Source: Octopus vulgaris (lineage: Eukaryota). From it: DNA of 64,000 nucleotides. The position numbers and the translations under genes are program-made. Every line of letters starts with the position of its first letter. Position 1 is the first letter of the stretch. The stretch spans positions 44,516,001 through 44,580,000 of the forward strand of contig OX597819.1 in NCBI GenBank assembly GCA_951406725.2. The letters run 5' to 3'. Under the pieces are notes generated by a model that was not told the DNA's origin, ran no database searches, and saw nothing but the letters and a program-made list of their open reading frames with translations. Positions 55,640 to 64,000 of this stretch are shown here, piece by piece.

Positions 55640-56156
55640 CATATTTGCGTGGTATGTGTTATGTATGTATCTATACATTGTGTGTGCGCGGCTGGCCTGT
55701 CACGTTTTATATACAAATACTTACATAACAGAAAGGGCTATTGAATGCGTGTACGTATATAATATATTATAGATTCTTATGGTTATATGTCATCTGTAAG
55801 TTAACTTCGATATGTATGTGTATGTATGTGTGTGTGTGTGTGTGAATGAGAAAGAGAGAAAGAGGGAGAGAAAAGGAGACTAAGGGTGTCATTGTTTATG
55901 TATGAGTAATGGCCAATAAAATTCCGGTAAACAAGTTACAAGCAAGATTTGCTTGCAAATCTACGTTGTTGACTAGGTGTGCACAACAGTGTCATTATTA
56001 TTATGTTTTTTTTTTTCTTTTCGAGTATTCGGGACGAATTCTTTGTTAACTCACCAAATGCTTCGTAAACGTTTTGTTGTTGTTGTTGTTGCTGTTGTTA
56101 TTATTATTATTATGTCCTTCATCTCTTTGTAAGCACTTAGTGGTTAATAAAGAAAG

Positions 56157-56225
<69 letters not shown>

Positions 56226-56227
56226 CA

Positions 56228-56391
56228 TTAGTATTATTCAGTAGCTTTATTTTTATAGCGTGCTTTCACTTCACTACCGAGCGCAGCTGTGTGCCTTGGG
56301 TATGTGCTGTGATTTGTTGTGATGCTCTGATGGTTACTGTATGGAACGTGTTCTGCGTAGGATGTGTGAAGTGCCTAGTAGTGCAATTTTC

Positions 56392-56393
<2 letters not shown>
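56228..56393 (-). mobile_element. Extreme 3' end of an R4/Dong-type element between two (TAA)n tracts
   Basis: KKIALLGTSHILRRTRSIQ* parallels QKIVLTGTSHVLRRALSM* (41090). (TAA)n at 56158-56227 and 56394-56596. Confidence 0.85.
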
Positions 56394-56465
<72 letters not shown>

Positions 56466-56466
56466 C

Positions 56467-56510
<44 letters not shown>

Positions 56511-56557
56511 CATTATTATTATTATTTTTATTACTATTATTATTATTATTATTATTA

Positions 56558-56597
<40 letters not shown>

Positions 56598-56690
56598 CTC
56601 AGTGTGAGTGGGTGTGAACTTAGAACGCTCGGCTGCGAGTCTATGTTTGCGAGTGCGAATATCACCCACGTGCTATGCAGAAAATCTTAA

Positions 56691-56872
56691 AGCAGCCAGC
56701 TCGCACGAAATGTTTAGCGGCATTTTCCCGTCTTTACGTTCTGAGTTCAAATTCCGCCGAGGTCGACTTTGCCTCTCATCATTTCGTGGTCGATAAATTA
56801 AGTATAAATAACGATGTAATCGACTTAATCCATTTCCCCAAATTTCAGGCACAGTGCCGACAGTAGAAAGGA
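56691..56872 (+). mobile_element. SINE family A followed by a (TTA)n tail
   Basis: Core motifs as in the other family A copies. Confidence 0.85.
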
Positions 56873-56887
56873 TTATTATTATTATTA

Positions 56888-56949
<62 letters not shown>

Positions 56950-57296
56950 ATTATCATTTTTATTATTATTTTGAAAATGTATGAAATTCAATCGAAACTA
57001 TTACCGCATCAGCAACACAGCGAGGCTTTTGCGTAAATACAAAATTGCGGGAATTCAAAATATTCGTAAAGTAGAATATAAAAAATGTTTACATATTGAA
57101 CGGAATATTTCAGACGTCCAGTAGGGTTCTAGGACCATCTCATCGTTTTTGTATAATCTAAACCTACATTATTGAAAGCGTTCCTCCTTTATTCAAGAAA
57201 GTAGTGTTAATTTAAAGGTATACGGTTACTATTTCCAGCACGTCAGATAACCGTCTAGAAACTCTCATTCCTCCGATGATTTTGTCACCTTGATAG

Positions 57297-57862
57297 GGCG
57301 CGACTCTGGCAGAATCGTTAGCACGCCGGACGAAATACTTAGCGGTATTTCGTCTGCCGTTACGTTCTGAGTTCAAATTCCGCCGAGGTCGACTTTGTCT
57401 TTCATCCTTTCGGGGTCGATTAAATAAGTACCAGTTACGCACTGGTGTCGATATAATTGACGTGATCCGTTTGTCTGTCCTTCATTGTCCTGTCTGTGTT
57501 TAGCCCCTTGTGGGAAGTAAAGAAATAGGTATTTCGTCTGCTGTTACGTTGTGAGTTCAAATTCTGCCGAGGTCAACTTTGCCTTTCATCCTTTTGGGGT
57601 CGATTAAATCAGTACCAGTTACGCACTGGGTCGATATATTCGACTTAATCCGTTTCTCTGTCCTTGTTTGTCCTCTCTGTGTTTAGCCCCTTGTGGGTAG
57701 TAACGAAATGTGTATTTTGTCTGTCTTTACGTTCTGAGTTCAAATTCCGCCGAGGCTGACTTTGTCTTTCATCCTTTCGTGGTCGATAAACTAAGTACCA
57801 ATTGTGTACTGGGGTCGATCTAATTGAATGCCCCCACCCACCTAGTGCCTAGAGTAGAAAAG
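57297..57862 (+). mobile_element. Trimeric SINE family A element with 17-bp TSD
   Basis: One tRNA head and three ~180-bp core units. GATTTTGTCACCTTGAT (57278-57294) and GATTTTGTCATCTTGAT (57863-57879) flank the whole element. Confidence 0.9.
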
Positions 57863-58796
57863 GATTTTGTCATCTTGATTGTGATCGAACACTTGTTTAT
57901 ATCAAGGAGCATATCGTCCAGCGACGCCTTCCTTTATTTTAAAGATGTTAGTGTGTGATTTAAGAAAAATTTTGCTGTCATTTCTCGGAACTCATCTTTC
58001 TGCATACTAGATCTTTCAGTCGTTCGACTTTCTGTGGTTATAACCACTGGCATGAAGATATATTATTTAAATGTTGATTTTATACAACGTAGAGAAATAA
58101 ATAAGATATCAAATATGATTCAAATAAACACATCAATAATCACCGGCTCTTAGATTTTGAAAAATGGGAAGGATCTGACAAATATCGATTAACAAAGAGA
58201 ATTAAAGACTTACATTTAGAAGTTATAGGCAGATACAGAAATGTGTTGCGACGCATACTATGAATCGTTTCCCATAAATAGTTTATTATTTATAATTTAC
58301 CGAATTGCTTATTTCTGAATACGAAATTGTTTCGCGAAGTTAGGGCGAAACCCACTTGTACGCTTACGCACACACAAACACAGGCAGGACACATGTAGTC
58401 CCCTCTCCATGCAATTACACACATGTGCATACATACTTATACATGTGTGCATAATTCAAACGCGCACACACATTCATTTTTAATTCAATATCACAATAAG
58501 GAAAATGATTACTTTGTTAAGTAACGTTGATAAATTACTTAGCAAGGCGCAGAATGTACATGAGCACTGAGTAAATGTTATCTATATATGTATCTATAAG
58601 CAATTTACATACATAGTCAGTGGGGTGTGTTTGTGTGTTCATACATACATACATACATTCATACACACACAATTATTTGTGTTCATATATCTATCTCTCT
58701 ATGTCTCCTTCTATCTATCCATCTCTCTCTCTCTATCTACTTATATATGTATCTATCTATCTCGCTATCTATCTATTTCTCTCTCCCTCTACACAC

Positions 58797-58843
<47 letters not shown>

Positions 58844-59072
58844 GTATATTTATATGATGTATATATTTATAATGTATATATATATATATAATGTATATAT
58901 ACATATAATGTATATATATATATATAATGTGTGTAGGCTTCGAATGTCCCGTCCGTTTTTTTGTATCGTCTTCTAAATGTTTTGCGTTCTTGTCCCAGTT
59001 TGTGTTTTTTTACATATACATATATATATATATATATAACGTATGTATGTATATATATATACATAATATATA

Positions 59073-59459
59073 TGTGGCTGTGTGGTAAGTAGCTTGCTAA
59101 CCAACCACATGGTTGCGGGTTCAGTCCCACTGCGTGGCATATTGGGCAAGTGTCTTCTGCTATAGCCCCGGGCCGACCAATGCCTTGTGAGTGGATTTGG
59201 TAGACGGAAACTGAAAGAAGCCTGTCGTATATATGTATATATATATATATGTGTGTGTGTTTGTGTGTCTGTGTTTGTCCCCCTAGCATTGCTTGACAAC
59301 CGATGCTGGTGTGTCTACGTCCCCGCCACTTAGCGGTTCGGCAAAAGAGACCGATAGAATAAGTACTGGGCTTACAAAGAATAAGTTCCGGGGTCGATTT
59401 GATCGACTAAAGGCGGTGCTCCAGCATGGCCGCAGTCAAATGACTGAAACAAGTAAAGA

Positions 59460-59461
<2 letters not shown>
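59073..59461 (+). mobile_element. SINE family B, near full length, in (TA)n
   Basis: Nearly identical to 21712-22128. Confidence 0.92.
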
Positions 59462-59498
<37 letters not shown>

Positions 59499-59509
59499 TA
59501 CAACTAATG

Positions 59510-59546
<37 letters not shown>

Positions 59547-59754
59547 AATTAGTCATCACTAATTGTGACTGTATGTGCAGCAAACACATGTACTGCTAGA
59601 AATAAGTGTTAAACCACTTATAGCTGCGTAAAAGCACATCTATGTACACTGAGAGGGTAGATAACTTCCCCAAGATCGAAGCAAAACAAGAAAACTGGAC
59701 TGTACAGTTTCATCTTAATGAGAATTGTTTACACAGTGTACCTTCTCTGCAGTC

Positions 59755-60152
59755 CACTGCGTGGCTGTCTGGTAAAATCGGTCCCTCAACGTGGCGTCTT
59801 GGGCATGCGTCGGGCAGACCAAAGTCTTGTCAGTGGAACTGGCAGACGGAAACAGCAATAATCCTGCTGTATATATGTATATATGTATGTGTGTATGAGT
59901 TTGTGTGTGTCTTTATGTCCGCCCCCCACCTTCACCGTTTGACAACCCCACTTTCTGAGTTTAGTTCACGTAACATAGCGCTTTGACAAAAGAGAACGGT
60001 AGAATAAGTATTAGGCTTTAAAAAAAGTTTTGAGGTCGATTTGTTCGACTATAACCCTTCCAGGTGGTGTCCCAGCATGGCCGCAGTCATATGACTGAAA
60101 CAAGTAAAAGAATAATGCCCCAGCATGGCCACAGCCTTAGGGCTGAAACTAT
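59755..60152 (+). mobile_element. Older SINE family B variant with a double 3' tail
   Basis: Tail 1 CAGTCATATGACTGAAAC, then tail 2 GCCCCAGCATGGCCACAGCCTTAGGGCTGAAAC. Confidence 0.82.
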
Positions 60153-60242
60153 ATATATATATATGTTCATACATAGACACATACATACATATATACATAC
60201 ATACATATATACATACATACATACATGCATACAGAGATATAT

Positions 60243-60500
60243 GTTTCAGTCCTAAGGCTGTGGGCATGCCGGGGCACTATTTTCTTACTTGCTTCAATCA
60301 TATGGCTGCGGCCATGCTGTAACACCGCCTGGAAGGGTTTTAGTCGAACAAGTCAACCCCAAAACTTATTTTTTGAAAGCCCTGTACTTATTCTACCGGC
60401 CTCTATAGTCAAACCGCTCTGTTACGGGGACTAAACATAGCAAGACCGGTTGTGAAACAGTGATTGTAGGGGAGCAAACACATACATAAACCCACACAAA
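60243..60500 (-). mobile_element. Older SINE family B variant with a double 3' tail (inverted partner of the previous copy)
   Basis: GTTTCAGTCCTAAGGCTGTGGGCATGCCGGGGCAC followed by CTTGCTTCAATCATATGGCTGCGGCCATGCTG. Confidence 0.82.
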
Positions 60501-60502
60501 CT

Positions 60503-60912
60503 CAAAGGTATGTACCATCATAGAGGTCACCTGCCCTGCAGATATAAATAATATTTTGAAAATCAAAGAAAAAGAGGTTATATATGGACAACTACTTCGA
60601 AACCTCCAGCTTCTATATCCGGCTTGCGAATTCATATTCATACCAATGATAATTGCAGCACTAGGTTTTGTTAGTAAATGCTTAAAGGAGAATGTGGATA
60701 AACTGCAAATTTCAGAAAGAGAAATTGACCGGATGATTCGTACATTACAAATCCAATCTGTGAGTGAAACAATAAGAATATGCAAGACATTTATCAAGTC
60801 CCGAATGTGAATTAGTCTGTGTTAACGGCATCCCAAAGATGGAGCTTTGTATCTTTGTTGGAAACCGGCTCCCTCAGTGGAAAATTTATAATAATTGAAA
60901 AATAGAAGAAAT
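60503..60912 (+). mobile_element. 3' fragment of an RLE-type non-LTR element (same group as 44290-48085), ending at (TACA)n
   Basis: KVCTIIEVTCPADINN..KIKEKEVIYGQL...FIPMIIAALG...SVSETIRICKTFIK. Confidence 0.82.
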
Positions 60913-61607
60913 ATACATACATACATACATATACAAACATACATACATATGTACGTACGTACGTACATACATACATACGTACATACATACATACATTCAT
61001 ACATACATACATGAGCAGTATAAGTTAGACAGAGAATTATGCGCTATCACAGTAAGCTCTGCTAACGAACTCGGCTATCTGTAGTAATGAATTACAATGT
61101 AATGTACTGTAAAATATCAATGAAACTGAAAAGCAAAAAAAAAAGAAAAAATCCTAGTGATAAGATTATTCTCTAAGGAGTATAAAGCACATAAAACCAA
61201 GAGGTTTCACTGTTCAATGTATATTTATATATTTATCCCAGTGACTACCATGAGATTCTGGGTGGTTTCGTAAAGGTCTTCATATAGCATTAATTTCAGC
61301 ATGAAGCAAATTAGGCGTACTTGTTTGCATTAATAGGGTGGAGTAAATTACTCTAATGGCAGGTTAGATTACATTTATATGCATATTCGCATTTATACTT
61401 ATATTAATATCTACATGTTTATATATATATATATATATACATATATATAAAATTACAAATCTACGTGTGTTTACAAATATATATCTAAATTTAAGTGCTA
61501 TATAATATATGCATATGAATATATAAATATACACATGTATGTCTGTATATACTTGTATGTGTGTGTGTGTGTATTTGGGTGGGTGTGTGCCTGCGTGCGT
61601 ATGCTCT

Positions 61608-62017
61608 CTACTCTTTTGTTTCAGTCATTTGACTGAGGCCATGCTGGAGCACCGCCTTTAATCGAGCAAATCGACCCCAGGACTTATTCTTTGTAAGCGT
61701 AGTACTTATTCTATCGGTATCTTTAACCGAACCGCTAGGTTACGTGGACGTAAACACACCAGCATCGGTTGTCAAGCGATGCTGTGTGTGTGTGGGGGGA
61801 CAAACACAGACACATAAAACATACACACTCATACACACACGCACACACACATATATATACATACATATATATATGACGGGCTCCTTTCAGTTTCCGTCTA
61901 CCAAATTCACTCACAAGGCTTTGGTAGAAGACACAAGGTGCCACGCAGTGGGACTGAACCCGGAACCATGTGGTTCGTAAGTAAGCTACTTACCACACAG
62001 CCACTCCTACACCTATG
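61608..62017 (-). mobile_element. SINE family B, full length
   Basis: Reverse complement of the 21712-22128 pattern. Confidence 0.9.
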
Positions 62018-62042
62018 CAATATGATAGATATATATGTACAT

Positions 62043-62225
62043 GACTTAGTGGTTAGAGCGTCATGCTCACAACCATAAGACTGTCAGTCCGATTCCCGAA
62101 TCGGGCTGAGTGCTGTATCTTCGAGCAAGACACTTTATTTCATGTTGCTCCAGTTAACTCAGGTGTAGAAATGATTCGCGACGTCACTAGTGCCAAACTG
62201 TATCGTCCTTTGCCTTTACCTTGCC
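62043..62225 (+). mobile_element. SINE family C 5' half (a 3' half-like piece lies at ~63012-63130)
   Basis: A-box CTTAGTGGTTAGAGCGTC, TTCGAGCAAGACACTTTATTTCA core. Confidence 0.78.
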
Positions 62226-62367
62226 TTACTTTCTACTCCTTTTGTATTTGAATATGTATGTAAAATTTTCCGCGCTCGCACACTAATGCACATAATTAAA
62301 TATACATACACAGATACGTAAAGATCTATATATTTTACACACCCGATGTATATATATGAATATATAA

Positions 62368-62422
<55 letters not shown>

Positions 62423-63144
62423 ATTCTAGTATAGCATGATTTGACAGTGATTTTATCCTCAATTTCGGACTCCAAATTGCATAACGCTAGACACACTGAC
62501 TGATAGATACATATGTATGTATATATGTATATATGTATGTTTGATATTTTTCTGTGAGTTTTCTTTAAGTCTTGTCTCAAGAAGAACTTAATAAAGGCTC
62601 CAAAGTATCGTACATACATACATACACACATGCATAAACGTAGATATACATAAATATATAAATATATAAAAATATTTATTTGTGTGTCTGTGTGTAGGTT
62701 TGTGTATAAAAGTCAATGCATTTATATGGGAACGTAGAGGCACAGACAGATAAATAGTGAGATACAAAAATAGAAATGAAAAATATGAAATAAAGAGATA
62801 CAGAGAGGTATATAAAGCCGAAGTGAAAAAATTGGGGAATATATTTCATTGCTTAATTATATACAGTTCGACATGAATGGAGATATTTTTTAAAATGACT
62901 TTTGCATGTATACAGAAAAAGGAACAACACCACCTCCATAAATAAATACACATACACACATATGAAATATATATACATACGTGCATACACGCACATACAC
63001 ACACACACACTCAGTGGTCTGAAAAGGGGAGGTCAATATGCATAAGCGACTGCAGATCTTCTATTGACAAGCTTGCCTGGTTTGTAGCTTGCGGGTGAAA
63101 TTTCTTGGTGCAATCCCATTCTCATTCATATATTCGTTTATTGT

Positions 63145-63392
63145 TTTACTTATTTCGGTTATTTGACTGCTGTAATGCTGGAGCACCGCCTTTTGCTGGA
63201 AAAATCGACCCCATGACTTATTCTCTCGGTCTTTGGCCGAACCGCTAGGTTTAGGGGACGTAAGCATACCATCATTGTTTGTCAAACGATGGTTGGGAGG
63301 GACAAACACAGACACACAAAACTAGCCCAACATGCAGTGAGACTTGACCCAAGCCATGTGCTTGGAAAGCAAGCTTCTTACCACACAGCCAA
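63145..63392 (-). mobile_element. SINE family B, internally deleted
   Basis: ATGCTGGAGCACCGCC tail and CTTACCACACAGCCA head. Confidence 0.8.
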
Positions 63393-63449
<57 letters not shown>

Positions 63450-63728
63450 TAATGATATAAGGTGAAATCAATTAATTTGGAATAATCATTAATTTCACCA
63501 AGTAGATTTCGGCATGTAAAAGCCCCATTCGAGGAAAGTTTAAGTAGTACTAAGTAATTAAGGGTTTAGCAACGATTTGCCTCACCACACACCGAGTTTA
63601 GAAATAGCAGTCAAAGAGTTATAGCTATTCCTTCTACTAAAAGGGAGATCTCAGTAAAACCACAGCACTTGAAAGGCAAACGCAGGCAAGAGAGAAAGAA
63701 ATGACGACAATCATACAACATTAAGTCA

Positions 63729-63819
63729 CCTACGGACGTACGTTTCGAAATTAAGATTTAGGAAAGCATAAGAATTAGATAATTATGTCTTACCCAACTA
63801 TTTTCCCCATCAGCGTAGG
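63729..63819 (-). ncRNA. Type I hammerhead ribozyme candidate with long stem II, in a PLE-like segment (63447-64000)
   Basis: Minus strand CCTACG-CTGATGG-[GGAAAATAG...CATAA...TTATG...AATTTC]-GAA-ACGTACGT-C-CGTAGG. Perfect 6-bp stem I, palindromic stem III, GUC site, A9-to-G change. Confidence 0.7.
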
Positions 63820-64000
63820 ACTCTACAATTATGAATAATTGTATATTAAATTTCGAGGTACTAGAAGACATCACCTCAACTCATAGTATCAGAGCGAGCT
63901 AAAGCCGTTACCAGTATCACCAAATTCAAAGTGTGAATGAAAGTTTGTGTCACCAACCCCCTCCCACCAGCGTGCTGCCAGGACAAGATGTTGTGGTCAT

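Noticed and set aside
57297-57862. Regularly spaced repeats suggestive of a CRISPR-like array
   Set aside because: Units are ~180-bp SINE bodies with no unique spacers. Eukaryotic context and no cas genes.

Overview
AT-rich eukaryotic intergenic or intronic DNA with no convincing host protein-coding exon. The tRNA-derived SINE families and the extreme (TA)n/(TACA)n/(TCTA)n/(TAA)n load suggest a coleoid cephalopod, probably Octopus; this is inferred from recalled repeat families, not from a search. The window is a transposable-element graveyard. It holds a Penelope-like element (PLE) with an uninterrupted RT plus GIY-YIG frame (25519-27483) and several CR1-type LINE copies, one with only two nonsense codons. 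It also holds R4/Dong-type and related RLE retrotransposons, RTE LINEs, Tc1 (DD34E) and rosa-like (DD41D) remnants, three MITEs and more than 25 SINE copies. Most notable: (i) about nine type-I hammerhead-ribozyme-like motifs in PLE-derived pieces; (ii) two perfect fold-back mini-elements in (TA)n that share a TACTC...GAGTA tail hairpin; (iii) a SINE/LINE shared 3' tail whose stem covaries across variants; (iv) apparent partitioning of microsatellite targets among element families. Most ORFs in the supplied track are microsatellite artefacts. All calls were made by eye and coordinates of degraded elements are approximate.
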